This document shows positions 49,021-58,723 of a stretch of DNA of 64,000 bases, one piece after another. Position 1 is the first letter of the stretch. Each line of letters starts with the position of its first letter. The stretch comes from Candidatus Caldarchaeum sp. Its GTDB lineage: Archaea > Thermoproteota > Nitrososphaeria_A > Caldarchaeales > Caldarchaeaceae. Made by a program: the position numbers and the translations under genes. The notes under the pieces were generated by a model that was not told the origin of the DNA, made no database searches, and was given only the letters and a program-made list of their open reading frames with translations. The stretch lies in the NCBI GenBank assembly GCA_038885755.1, contig JAVZZH010000001.1:1-64000 (forward strand), given 5' to 3'.

Positions 49021-49794
49021 AATTTCGGTAAACAGCTCAGCCTCCTGCTCGTCATAGCTGCTTTCGTATACTCCGCCGCCAGCCTAGGCTTCGCAGACCC
49101 GGGAAGGCTTGGAAGGGGAGTGTCCAACCTTGGCAGCCTCGTGGCTGAGATGCTTCCGCCTGACCTCGGAGTGGCTTCGGAGGTCGCCGCAGCCCTCGCC
49201 GAAACCGTCCAGATAGCCTTCGTCGGAACAGTCATAGGCTTCCTCCTGTCGTTGCCGTTCTCAGCCCTCGCCCTCAGAAACATCTTTCCATCCATCCTCA
49301 CAACGACCGTACGCTCCCTGCTGGGCATCGTCCGAACAATCCCAGCACTCTTCTGGGCCGTGCTGTTCGTCATAGCCGTCGGGCTGGGCCCGTTCGCAGG
49401 CACGTTAGCCGTAGCCGTTTACTCCTTCGGATACCTGTCGAAGCTCTACTACGAAGCCTTCGAAGCAGTCGACGCCGAGGTGTTAGACGCCCTCCGGGTG
49501 ACGGGGGCCTCGAGGATTCTTTTGGTGAGGCATGCTGTCCTTCCCGAGTCGATGAACACTGTAGTCAGTCAGCTGTTGTTCATGTTCGAATACAACATCC
49601 GTTCGTCCGCTGTGCTGGGGTTCGTTGGAGCTGGGGGAGTCGGTTTCCTGATGGTCAGCTACATCGAGTCGCTGAGGTACAGCAGCCTCACAACCGTCCT
49701 AGTCTTCACTCTCGCAACAGTCATCGCCATAGACATCGTAAGCGGATACGTCAGGAGAAGGTTCTTGCCAGGATTCAGGCCAGCCTCAGCGTGA
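49017..49794 (+). CDS. PhnE-like ABC permease with apparent +1 frameshift after the start codon
   Basis: RTIPAL, GLGPFAG, KLYYEAFE, FEYNIRSSAVLGFVGAGG; ATG at 49017 is out of frame by one base with the body, which is open from 49021. Confidence 0.8.
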
Positions 49795-49825
49795 TGGATA
49801 AATAGCCACGTCCAACAGAATAGGC

Positions 49826-50620
49826 GTGAACACATCCTTCAACAAAGTAATCTACACTAAGAAAGACGGCGTTGCGACGATTGTTTTGAACAACCCTAAA
49901 AAGTACAACGCCTTGGAGCTGGACTTGAGACGGGAGCTGAAGACGGCTCTGGAGGACGCTGCAGCCGACTCCTCCGTACGTGTCGTTGTTTTGAGGGGAG
50001 CTGGCGGAAACTTCAGCGCCGGAGCAGACGTGAAGGCTTTCCTCGAATGGAGGCCCGAGGACGCTGTGAGGGTTGGCAACGAGCTGGGAACTTCCATGGT
50101 TCTGTCGAGGATTATAAGAAACATGCAGAAGCCTGTCGTGGCCGTTGTCGAGGGATACTGCCTCGGGGGAGGGTTCGAGCTCGCCATGGCATGCGACCTA
50201 ATCCTCGCATCCGAGGACGCTGTTTTCGGCCAGCCTGAGATAAACCTCGGGCTTATCCCCGGAGGGGGTGGGACTCAGAGGCTTACACGGCTTGTGGGCG
50301 AGAAGAAGGCCAAGGAGCTGATCATGACGGGTGAAAGGGTTTCCGCGCAGCAGCTCGAGAGGATGGGCTTGGTGTGCACCGTGGCTCCCAGGGACAAGCT
50401 CGAGGAAGCTTTGAAGAACTTGGTTGACAAACTGCTGTCCAAGCCTCCTCTCGCACTAGCTGCGGCTAAGGAGGCTGTCAACCTTTCTCTCGAGATGGAT
50501 TTGACGGCTGGGCTGCGAACCGAGCTCATGCTGTTCGCATCTCTGTTTTCCACGGAGGATTTGAAGGAAGGTGTGAAAGCTTTCTTGGAGAAGAGACGAC
50601 CTGTCTGGAGTGGACGGTAA
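49826..50620 (+). CDS. Enoyl-CoA hydratase/crotonase
   Basis: NAL, FSAGAD, GYCLGGGFELA, FGQPEINLGLIPGGGGTQRL, EGVKAFLEKR. Confidence 0.93.
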   Translation: MNTSFNKVIYTKKDGVATIVLNNPKKYNALELDLRRELKTALEDAAADSSVRVVVLRGAGGNFSAGADVKAFLEWRPEDAVRVGNELGTSMVLSRIIRNMQKPVVAVVEGYCLGGGFELAMACDLILASEDAVFGQPEINLGLIPGGGGTQRLTRLVGEKKAKELIMTGERVSAQQLERMGLVCTVAPRDKLEEALKNLVDKLLSKPPLALAAAKEAVNLSLEMDLTAGLRTELMLFASLFSTEDLKEGVKAFLEKRRPVWSGR

Positions 50621-50621
50621 G

Positions 50622-52175
50622 CTACTGCGGCTCAATAGTTGCGGGAGGCTTGCTTGAAATAGCGTAAGCCACCCACGCCACATTTTCAACTTCGTTAACA
50701 ATCCTTCTCGCTATTTTGTCGAGAACTTCGTGGGGAAGACGTGCCCAGTCAGCCGTCATCCCGTCAACCGACGTAACGACCCTCACAGTCGCGATGTATC
50801 CATAACTTCTCTGGTCTCCTTTCACACCTGTCGCCTTGTCGTCTCCGACGAACGCGAAAGCCTGCCAGACATCGTCAATCAAGCCCTCTTTCTCCAACTC
50901 CTCCTCAACGATCTCCGAGGCCCTCCTGCATATCTCCAGCTTCTCACGCGTAACCTCTCCGATGACTCTGACAGCGAGCCCGGGTCCGGGGAAGGGATGC
51001 CTGCGGACGACCCATTCAGGTAGGCCGAGTATTCGAGCTAGTTTTCTCACCTCGTCCTTGTATAGCTCTCTCAAAGGCTCTACGACCTTCATGCCGAGGT
51101 TTGGGGGGAGACCGCCTACGTTGTGATGGGTTTTGATGACCGCCGAGCCGCCCACAGACCTTCCGCTCTCGACCACGTCGGGGTAAAGCGTTCCCTGAGC
51201 CAAGTGCGTGAACGGGCCATGTTTTGAGCTGACCTCTTGAAATATTGCGGCGAACTCGGCGCCAACGATTCTCCTCTTCTCCTCGGGGTCTGCAACACCC
51301 TTCAGCTTCTCCAGAAACCTATCGACAGCATCAACGTATATCACGTTGTTCTCGCCGACGGTCTTCCGCAAAATGTCTAAAACCCTCTCAGGCTCACGGT
51401 TTCGCATCAAGCCGTGGTTTACGAAGAGACATTTCAAACGGTCTCCCACGGCCTTGGAGACTATGACCGCGGCTACAGTCGAGTCGACGCCGCCGCTCAC
51501 AGCGCACAGAACCCTGCCGTCTCCCACCTCTTCAGCTACAAGCCTGACGGCTCTGTCGACATAATCCTCCATGCGCCATGTCTGCCTGCAGCCGCAGACG
51601 TCGATGACGAAGTTTCTGAGGATCTGCAGACCGTGTTCTGTGTGGGCGACCTCCGGATGAAACTGCAGCCCAAAAATCTTTCCGGAGCTGTCGCAGATGG
51701 CTGAATGGGGTGATGTATCCGTTGAGGCCACTGTTCTGAAGCCGGGCGGCAGCTTCTCAACAAAATCCGAATGACTCATCCAAACGTTGAACCTTCTGGG
51801 CAGGCCCTTGAACAGCTCGCAGTCTTCGACTATCCTAAGCTCCACTCTGCCGTACTCTCTTTTCGAGGCTTTCTTCACGAGTCCTGTGAAGTGGTGGGCG
51901 ATTAGCTGGTGGCCGTAGCAGATGCCGAGGACGGGTTTTCCGCCGATCCGCTCAAAGCTTATGCGGGGTGCGTTGAGGTCGTAGACGCTAGCCGGGCCGC
52001 CCGACAGGACAAAGCCCTTCACACTATCTGAGAAAGACCGCTCGCCCGCCGCCGCGTGGGGAACAACCTCAGTCTTCACGCCCAGCTCTCTAATTCTACG
52101 GCTTATGAGATGGGTGTACTGGCCTCCAAAGTCAACCACCACGATGACGTCGTCTGCTTGATTCACTCTAGACAA
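50622..52175 (-). CDS. guaA: GMP synthase (glutamine-hydrolysing, single chain)
   Basis: DFGGQY, LGICYGHQ, QFHPEV, SGGVDS, IKTHHNVGG, PFPGPGL, KPPATIE. Confidence 0.96.
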   Translation of the reverse strand: MSRVNQADDVIVVVDFGGQYTHLISRRIRELGVKTEVVPHAAAGERSFSDSVKGFVLSGGPASVYDLNAPRISFERIGGKPVLGICYGHQLIAHHFTGLVKKASKREYGRVELRIVEDCELFKGLPRRFNVWMSHSDFVEKLPPGFRTVASTDTSPHSAICDSSGKIFGLQFHPEVAHTEHGLQILRNFVIDVCGCRQTWRMEDYVDRAVRLVAEEVGDGRVLCAVSGGVDSTVAAVIVSKAVGDRLKCLFVNHGLMRNREPERVLDILRKTVGENNVIYVDAVDRFLEKLKGVADPEEKRRIVGAEFAAIFQEVSSKHGPFTHLAQGTLYPDVVESGRSVGGSAVIKTHHNVGGLPPNLGMKVVEPLRELYKDEVRKLARILGLPEWVVRRHPFPGPGLAVRVIGEVTREKLEICRRASEIVEEELEKEGLIDDVWQAFAFVGDDKATGVKGDQRSYGYIATVRVVTSVDGMTADWARLPHEVLDKIARRIVNEVENVAWVAYAISSKPPATIEPQ

Positions 52176-52273
52176 CTATTCTAATCGTGGGATAAAGGTT
52201 TAGCCGTGTCGCGGTGCGACGTGGTTCACGGTATTTTGAATAGGTTTAAATACGGGGTTGCGGTTCGCGCAAC

Positions 52274-52807
52274 ATGCAACCCTATCAAAAACTGTTATCC
52301 ACAAAAAACATATCCACAATTGCGTTATCAGCAGGCTTCTATGTTCTGATGTCCGCGTTGTCCGGGCTGACGCTCCCCGCAGCCAGAGGATATCCAGCCC
52401 ATTTCTTCAGAGGTCTTACCATGAGCGCCGTCGCCGCCTACACACGCCGTAGGTGGAGCGTAAGCCTCATGTCCGTCATATCCGGCCTCGTGCTGCTCGC
52501 GGTTGTTCCAGCGCCTGCACCGTATCTTCTCTTAGCCACGGTGGCGGCGGGCATAGTTTACGACCTTAGCCTAGGTGAGAAATACGCTGAAGCCTGTAGG
52601 AAGCCGAGGAGGATTGTTGCTGGAACGATGGTGAGCGGTTTGGCTGAAGCTGTTGTAGCAATGGGAGTCCTCACCTATGTCGGCCTTTTCCAAGCCCAGC
52701 TCCAGATTCTTGGCGTTATATGGGCGGGAGCTATTGCCGCAAACTTGGTTCTCAGCGCTTTGGGGTCGCAGGTGACGATACTTGTTTTACGCAGATACGT
52801 AAAATGA
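52274..52807 (+). CDS. Membrane protein, possibly an ECF S-component
   Basis: About 5-6 hydrophobic segments; ATVAAGIVYD resembles ECF S-component patterns. Confidence 0.45.
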   Translation: MQPYQKLLSTKNISTIALSAGFYVLMSALSGLTLPAARGYPAHFFRGLTMSAVAAYTRRRWSVSLMSVISGLVLLAVVPAPAPYLLLATVAAGIVYDLSLGEKYAEACRKPRRIVAGTMVSGLAEAVVAMGVLTYVGLFQAQLQILGVIWAGAIAANLVLSALGSQVTILVLRRYVK

Positions 52808-53223
52808 GCGTCGAGCTGCTGGCGAAAACCGCGCTGGTTTACGGGCTTGTCGTATGGGTTGGAGGGCTGATCCATCTAACCTTCGCCGCAATACCAGAAA
52901 CTAGGATCTTGGACGACAGAATGTTGAGGTTGAGGATTATGGCAGGTATGATGAGGCGCTACAACCCAATCGCGTGGACGGCCATAGCGGCCTCAGCGAT
53001 CTCAGCGACATACTTGGCTTTTACGGAAAACATAGGTCTTCCTGAGGCAGCAGCCCTCACAACGCTTTATACAGCAGTCTCGCTTGACTTTTTCCACTCA
53101 TTCATCTATGGACCGCGTGCCTCGAAAGGGGATGCTAAAGCCCGCAGCACGGCCATGAACATAGCACGTGCAGAAGTTCCACTTGTCTTGACACTGCCGC
53201 CATTATTCACGCTGATTACGTAA
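52804..53223 (+). CDS. 4-TM membrane protein (CopD/DUF4149-like)
   Basis: VWVGGLIH..FAAIP, FFHSFIYGPR; ATGA overlap with the upstream gene. Confidence 0.5.
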   Translation: MSVELLAKTALVYGLVVWVGGLIHLTFAAIPETRILDDRMLRLRIMAGMMRRYNPIAWTAIAASAISATYLAFTENIGLPEAAALTTLYTAVSLDFFHSFIYGPRASKGDAKARSTAMNIARAEVPLVLTLPPLFTLIT

Positions 53224-53254
53224 AAGCAAAAATACCCAGTCTACCGGATGTGTT

Positions 53255-53809
53255 GTGATGAAGAGGAACGTGGTTGCAGGAGCTTTGCTCTTCATAGCTA
53301 TCGTGCAGTTCATGATGGCTCTTAGGATTGCGGAGTCCGTTTACCCCGGATACAGCGTATCCGGAAACTACATAAGCGATTTGGGCGTTGGTGTTGCAGC
53401 ACCGATATTCAACACCTCCATCATCATCCTCGGAATCTGCGTTGTTCTGGCGGCGTATCTCAGCGCTGAGGTCTTCAGAAGCAGGTTGTTCAGAGCCTTC
53501 ATCGCCTTGGCGGGAATCGGGGCGGCGGGTGTTGGAATATTTCCTGAAAACGTCCCGGTCCTACATTCAGTAATGTCGTTGATAACTTTCCTTTTCGGCG
53601 GTATCGCAGCTGTGTACGGCGTTAGAGTGCTTGATAGGCCTGTAGGCTTTCTGTCTGTCGTCGCAGGAATTGTTTCGCTGGCGGCCCTCGTGCTTTTCAT
53701 AACGGGCAGTTATATGGGGCTTGGGCACGGCGGGATGGAGAGGCTGATAGTATATCCTGTTCTTGCGTGGGGGGTGATGCTGGCGGGCAACATCATCTCA
53801 AGGCTTTAA
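53255..53809 (+). CDS. DUF998-like membrane protein
   Basis: YPGYSVSGNYISDLG, GVGIFPE, GGMERLIVYP. Confidence 0.75.
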   Translation: MMKRNVVAGALLFIAIVQFMMALRIAESVYPGYSVSGNYISDLGVGVAAPIFNTSIIILGICVVLAAYLSAEVFRSRLFRAFIALAGIGAAGVGIFPENVPVLHSVMSLITFLFGGIAAVYGVRVLDRPVGFLSVVAGIVSLAALVLFITGSYMGLGHGGMERLIVYPVLAWGVMLAGNIISRL

Positions 53810-54324
53810 AAACCTCTGCCGTGCCGGGAGCGTCTCGACACCTCTCCACCGCAGACCGGGCAAACGTCTCCAACAGGGTTGTCGAAGGTTTTACCGCACA
53901 CGCTGCACGTGTAGCGCCATTCTATAAGGTCTCGGATAGGCTGCCTCGCCAGCCCAGCAACCTCCATCCCCAGCTTCAGCGCTGTGTTCTGCAGGCTGTA
54001 GTCGTCCGACAAAACAACCACTTGAGCGCCGGCGTTCTTGGCGTCGAGAGCTGCAGCCAGAAGGCTGACATCCGCCTTAGACAGCTTGGGCCTGTCCCCC
54101 GTGCTCACAGCAGCCGACACAACCCTCTCCAACGCCTGCCTCGACGGCTTGACCACCCTGACCACGTTCTTCGACAAAGCCAGAGCAAGCCTTTCAGGAG
54201 CCAGCCCGCCGTAAAGAACCTCGTCCACAACCTCCTGAACGGTGATCAGCTCAGCCGGCCCGGGCTCAAGCTGCACCGACAGGAACGCACGGGTGTCGAG
54301 GGCGTAGACTTTACGGCCTGCCAT
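53806..54324 (-). CDS. nob1: Nob1-like PIN nuclease with Zn ribbon
   Basis: ALDT, LSKADVSL, SDDYSLQN, CSVC..CPVCG. Confidence 0.85.
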   Translation of the reverse strand: MAGRKVYALDTRAFLSVQLEPGPAELITVQEVVDEVLYGGLAPERLALALSKNVVRVVKPSRQALERVVSAAVSTGDRPKLSKADVSLLAAALDAKNAGAQVVVLSDDYSLQNTALKLGMEVAGLARQPIRDLIEWRYTCSVCGKTFDNPVGDVCPVCGGEVSRRSRHGRGF

Positions 54325-55120
54325 AAAGCCTCTTCCTGAGACGCATGCTGAACAGCCTCCTCTCGTCGAAAGATATGAACGATAGGCTTCGGGGTGATTT
54401 TCGAGCTGTGGCTCTTCCGTCGGGCAGCGGCTTGACTGTATGGCCGTCGACAAGCACCTGCGCCTCGCCCTTCACCACCGACACGGTCACCGGAGCGTCT
54501 ATCGAAAGCACCATGCTTCTCAGGTTTGTCATCGAAGCCATCGGCGACAGGACAACAGCCTCAAGCCTCTCGTCAACGATCGGCCCTCCCGTCGAAAACG
54601 CGTAAGCCGTAGAACCGACAGGAGTAGACAAGATCACTCCATCGGCCACGTCCGAAGCCAGAAGATCACGCTGAAGGATTTTATACTCTATGATCTTGCC
54701 CGGCTTCGTCGAGGAGACGTAGGCCTCGTTGAGAGCGTCGGCGACGAACTCGTCTCCTGCCTGTATGGATAGACGCATGACTCTCTCGACGTGATAGTCC
54801 TGCTCGAGTATTCTCCTGCAGGCTTCCTCCAGCTCGGCCGGCTCGACTATGTTGAGGTATCCGGCGCGTCCGTAGTTGACGCCTATGAGCTTGACGTCGG
54901 TTGACTCTACTCGTCTCGCAACCCTCAGCATCGTTCCGTCGCCTCCCAGAACCATGATTACTCCTTCGTTGAAGCGTGAGTATTCTTTGTCGAACTCAGC
55001 TAGGGACAGCGCCTCGTACTTCACGTTCCTTCCCTCGAAAATCTTACCCAGCTTCTTAGCAGCCTGAACAGCCGGAGGCCTAGTGGCGGCGTAAACCACT
55101 AAAACGCTGTCCAACAGCAC
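54311..55120 (-). CDS. nadK: NAD kinase
   Basis: LGGDGTML, GVNYGRAGYL, ALNE, ADG..STPVGSTAY. Confidence 0.92.
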   Translation of the reverse strand: MLLDSVLVVYAATRPPAVQAAKKLGKIFEGRNVKYEALSLAEFDKEYSRFNEGVIMVLGGDGTMLRVARRVESTDVKLIGVNYGRAGYLNIVEPAELEEACRRILEQDYHVERVMRLSIQAGDEFVADALNEAYVSSTKPGKIIEYKILQRDLLASDVADGVILSTPVGSTAYAFSTGGPIVDERLEAVVLSPMASMTNLRSMVLSIDAPVTVSVVKGEAQVLVDGHTVKPLPDGRATARKSPRSLSFISFDERRLFSMRLRKRLYGRP

Positions 55121-55132
55121 CAGACCTCCGCT

Positions 55133-55771
55133 CTAAGACTCAGCATACTCGGTCCCATCCACCAACCCAGCGTTCGCGAACACAGCTCTCCTAGACAAAC
55201 ATCCGGGGCATTTCCCGCAGTGCTTGTCCAAGACGCTCCAGCAGCTCCACGTAAGTCCTAGGGGTGCGTTGAGCTCGACGCCCAGCTTAACAACCTCGGC
55301 CTTCGTCATGTCAATCAACGGCGTCAAAACCCTTACACAGCTGAACGGGGCTGAGATTTTAAAAATTTTCTCCAGCAAGTCGACAAAGACCGGGCCCACG
55401 TCCGGCATGCGCGACAAATCTTCTGAAGTGTGGCCGCCCGCCACGGCGTCGGCTTCTTCGTAGATAGCTATGTGGGCGGCTACTGAGTAGAAAATGATGT
55501 TCCTGAAGGGAATTAGGACAGTCGGCGTCTCCTGAAGTCTTTGCTTAAAGGCTTCGGGAAAATCCACAACCTCCCGCAGATAGCTCGTGTCGATTATCCT
55601 GAGCTCGCCGCATGCAGCCTGCGAAGTGATCCGCTTGACCGCCTCCAGTTCTCGTTCATTTCTCCTATAGGTGATGAAGGTCAGGGGAATTACTTGATGG
55701 CCTTCGTGGATAAGCTTCCACAGCATCACCGTTGAGTCTAACCCGCCTGAGAGCAGTGCTACGGTCTTCAT
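55133..55771 (-). CDS. queC: 7-cyano-7-deazaguanine synthase
   Basis: LLSGGLDS, PFRN, TPL..K, TWSC..HCGKCPGC.SR. Confidence 0.9.
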   Translation of the reverse strand: MKTVALLSGGLDSTVMLWKLIHEGHQVIPLTFITYRRNERELEAVKRITSQAACGELRIIDTSYLREVVDFPEAFKQRLQETPTVLIPFRNIIFYSVAAHIAIYEEADAVAGGHTSEDLSRMPDVGPVFVDLLEKIFKISAPFSCVRVLTPLIDMTKAEVVKLGVELNAPLGLTWSCWSVLDKHCGKCPGCLSRRAVFANAGLVDGTEYAES

Positions 55772-56238
55772 GCTGACGACGAGGCTGACTTGCCCAATCC
55801 TTCAGTCATCCTAACCGAGACCTTCAGCACGTTCGGAGGCATCAGCTTCCTAATCTTGTCGGCGATGTGCTCCGAAATATTCTCCACCGTCGAATCTCTC
55901 TCTATGAAGTAGACAGAAGACCTTGGAAGCCTCATGTCGTAAACACCTCCGACTCCCTCGAATACCACCCGAACCCCTCCATCCCACTCCTTTACAACAT
56001 ACTTCGGCGGGACGAGCAGCTTATGGTCCATCTCGTCAATCACTTTCTTGACCGTGCGTTTCAGCATGCCAAATTCAAGAACCATCTCGTCGACGACCTC
56101 GCCCCACACCCTCACGTTTACCATCGAGGTGTGGCCGTGGAGGACGCCGCACTTCGGCGATGAAGGCAGGAAGTGTGCGTAGTCAAAGTTCAGAGAAGGC
56201 CCGCCTACCTCGATAACCTTAACCCTCTTCTCAACCAC
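55768..56238 (-). CDS. queD: 6-carboxytetrahydropterin synthase
   Basis: FDYAHFL, CGVLHGH, DHK, STVEN, VRMTEG. Confidence 0.85.
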   Translation of the reverse strand: MVEKRVKVIEVGGPSLNFDYAHFLPSSPKCGVLHGHTSMVNVRVWGEVVDEMVLEFGMLKRTVKKVIDEMDHKLLVPPKYVVKEWDGGVRVVFEGVGGVYDMRLPRSSVYFIERDSTVENISEHIADKIRKLMPPNVLKVSVRMTEGLGKSASSSA

Positions 56239-57691
56239 TTTCCCCAAACCTCTTATGCAGTTCATCGCCGTATTGGTGATACTTTAGTATTATCGGGCAC
56301 CACTCCCTCTCTGGGCAGTAGCCCAAGTGTCTGCACTTCTCGCCCATCACAGCCGAAAGGCTCGGCGACTTTCTCGCTATCTCCTGCATGAGCTTGTAGG
56401 CTATGGCCCTTTCCTCCCACTGAGCATAGCTGCACGACCTAGTCGCTATGAACCCGCTGGGATGGAGTATGTTGAACCCGTTGTACAGCCTTACAGCGTA
56501 GACCTTCAAGGCTTGAGGGACGATGAGGACGGCTGTTGATGGCCTGATTCCGATGTCCAAGAGCTGTCGGTAGGACTGGAGAGCCTCGCGGACTACTTGC
56601 AGGAACCTCGACTTGGTTTTTTCGTTCCTCCGGATGGAGGGAGGTATGACGACGCCGGAGGCCGTGTTCACGACGGCTCTGCAAGCGGCGGTGTATATCG
56701 ATTCGACGGCGGTGGGTACCGTGCGGTGGCGGATGGCTTGATGGTACGCCACCAGAGACAGAGGCTCCAGCGTCGTGGCCGTGGTCATCGGGTTGACGGA
56801 GTCGAGAGATTCCTTGTCCTGCTTGGCTAGGATTTTCAGCAGGTCGTCCTCCTTGCCCATCAGGGATGTAAAGCTTATCAGGACGGGTTCTTCGGGATAG
56901 TTGTTGGCTTCTATGACTTTCTCCATGAAGATGTCTGACGGCTTGTAGGGGTTGGGGAACGGGTAGGCTGCAGTCCTGTTCCTGAACCCGAGCCTCGACT
57001 CGAGCATTATGGGCGCAACACTTCTGACGGCGGAAGTGAATTTCTCGACAAACTCTCTAACCTCGTCGGGAACGTACGCCGCCGCCGACTCGTCTCCGCA
57101 CAGCTGGATCAAGGCGACGTAGTTCTCCAAGCTGCTGCTTATGAAAAGAGAAGTCTTGGTGCAGAGCGGCAGGATGTACCTGGCGTCCTCGATCCCCACA
57201 TCCCCGTCGACAAGCGAGAGATATTCTTCAACCATCTTGTAAGCTGTCTGCATGAAAACATCCCTGGCTTCACCCGTCAATCCTGACGGCTCAACAATCA
57301 TAGACCTGTCAACCCTAGCCCTGCGCTGAGATTCTTGAAGGTAGGAGCCGAAAGGAGGGGAGACGAGCAGGATAGACAAGGCCCTGCTGCAGTTCATCAC
57401 CTCCATCTGGATATGCAGGGACGTTGTTATCGAGGCGTGTCCCCTTCTCGTCGACTCTCTGTGGATCTTTCTCGCCGTTTTCGCCAAGTCTTTTCCCTCG
57501 GCCAGAAGCTTCGAGACACGTCTTTCGACAGAGACGCCCTCGAAGGTTCCAGCACCTTCGAGCGCTATGAAGACGTCGGGCCCAACCTCGAGCTCCGATC
57601 CGGAGAAGTTTATCACCGTCCTCGGCCCGTAGCTGTAGACCTTTAGCTCAACCATTACAGACTGAGATGGTTCAACTCTCATATATAGCAT
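56231..57691 (-). CDS. thyX: Two-domain FAD-dependent thymidylate synthase (ThyX-like)
   Basis: GHAS, QESQR, EDARYILP in domain 1; HQAIRHR, RSCSYAQWE, C..LGYCPE in domain 2. Confidence 0.7.
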   Translation of the reverse strand: MLYMRVEPSQSVMVELKVYSYGPRTVINFSGSELEVGPDVFIALEGAGTFEGVSVERRVSKLLAEGKDLAKTARKIHRESTRRGHASITTSLHIQMEVMNCSRALSILLVSPPFGSYLQESQRRARVDRSMIVEPSGLTGEARDVFMQTAYKMVEEYLSLVDGDVGIEDARYILPLCTKTSLFISSSLENYVALIQLCGDESAAAYVPDEVREFVEKFTSAVRSVAPIMLESRLGFRNRTAAYPFPNPYKPSDIFMEKVIEANNYPEEPVLISFTSLMGKEDDLLKILAKQDKESLDSVNPMTTATTLEPLSLVAYHQAIRHRTVPTAVESIYTAACRAVVNTASGVVIPPSIRRNEKTKSRFLQVVREALQSYRQLLDIGIRPSTAVLIVPQALKVYAVRLYNGFNILHPSGFIATRSCSYAQWEERAIAYKLMQEIARKSPSLSAVMGEKCRHLGYCPEREWCPIILKYHQYGDELHKRFGESG

Positions 57692-57734
57692 GATTTTTAT
57701 ACATCTAAATCCGGCTGTTGCCGTGCTTGCTTGA

Positions 57735-58256
57735 ATGGAGCTTCAGGCCTTCCTGCAGGGGCTTGTATACGTTTTCCCCGCGTACGTGGCTAACGCAGCG
57801 CCTGTGGTCGCGGTCAGGTTCTTCGGAAGGACTCATCCAATCGACCGTGGTTTGATGTTCTTCGACGGCAGGAGAGTGCTGGGCGACGGCAAGACCGTGG
57901 AGGGGTTTGTCTCGGGGACCGGTGCGGGGATGGCTGTGGGTTATCTAATACACCTATTCGCCCCACCCCTCATCACCATGGTGGAGGTCTTCCTGCTCTC
58001 TTTCGGAGCTTTAGCCGGGGACGTTCTAGGGGCGTTCGTCAAGAGGAGGGCCGGGATACCCAGCGGAGGCGCTGCTCCTCTTCTCGACCAGCTCGGTTTT
58101 CTGGTCGCTGCTCTGGGGTTGGTGGAGCTTTTTCACGGGCTTCCCGTCTGGCTCGACGCCCCAACGCTTCTATCCCTAGCTCTGTTTACCGTCTTGATGC
58201 ACGTCGGGACCAACGCAGCGGCCTACCTACTCGGGCTTAAAGACCGATGGTACTAG
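57735..58256 (+). CDS. carS: CDP-archaeol synthase
   Basis: PAYVANAAP, PID, DGRR.LGDGKT.EG, GD..GAFVKRR, LDQ. Confidence 0.9.
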   Translation: MELQAFLQGLVYVFPAYVANAAPVVAVRFFGRTHPIDRGLMFFDGRRVLGDGKTVEGFVSGTGAGMAVGYLIHLFAPPLITMVEVFLLSFGALAGDVLGAFVKRRAGIPSGGAAPLLDQLGFLVAALGLVELFHGLPVWLDAPTLLSLALFTVLMHVGTNAAAYLLGLKDRWY

Positions 58257-58723
58257 AGAGCCAGCTCAGGCCTCAAGCTTCTAACGAAGCCTCTGAGCTT
58301 TTTGAAAACCCTCATCAGCGTGTAAACCTTGCCTCCTCCCCTGCCGGCTTTCAAAAACTCAGCCGTCTCCTCTAGACCTGCGTCGACGATCCCAAGCTTA
58401 TCCTTCACAAACTCCTGCAAGTCAAGATGCGCCAAGGCGTGTAGGGGTGAGGGGTCTACGCCTAAGCGGATGCAGCACGCGGTCAGAAGAGGCAGGTCTT
58501 TACGTGCTCCTCCCCAAGTTATCAAGATGTCGTAGTCGTCGAGAATTCTCATCAGGTTCTCTAGCTTATTCCTCGTAGGGTTTTTGAATACATGTCTCAC
58601 GCGTCTGTCGTCGACGAGCTCGACGTTCTCGACGCGAGTGTTTTTGAGAGGCCCTAACGCACCTTCCACGGCTAGGTATGCTATCCAAGGACCCTTGCTG
58701 GGCTTCAAGTCCCGGCCTGCCAT
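58253..58723 (-). CDS. Degenerate YprB-like RNase H-fold protein
   Basis: ILITWGG..DLPLL, HLDL, LEETAEFL; the canonical first D.E motif appears altered. Confidence 0.45.
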   Translation of the reverse strand: MAGRDLKPSKGPWIAYLAVEGALGPLKNTRVENVELVDDRRVRHVFKNPTRNKLENLMRILDDYDILITWGGARKDLPLLTACCIRLGVDPSPLHALAHLDLQEFVKDKLGIVDAGLEETAEFLKAGRGGGKVYTLMRVFKKLRGFVRSLRPELAL

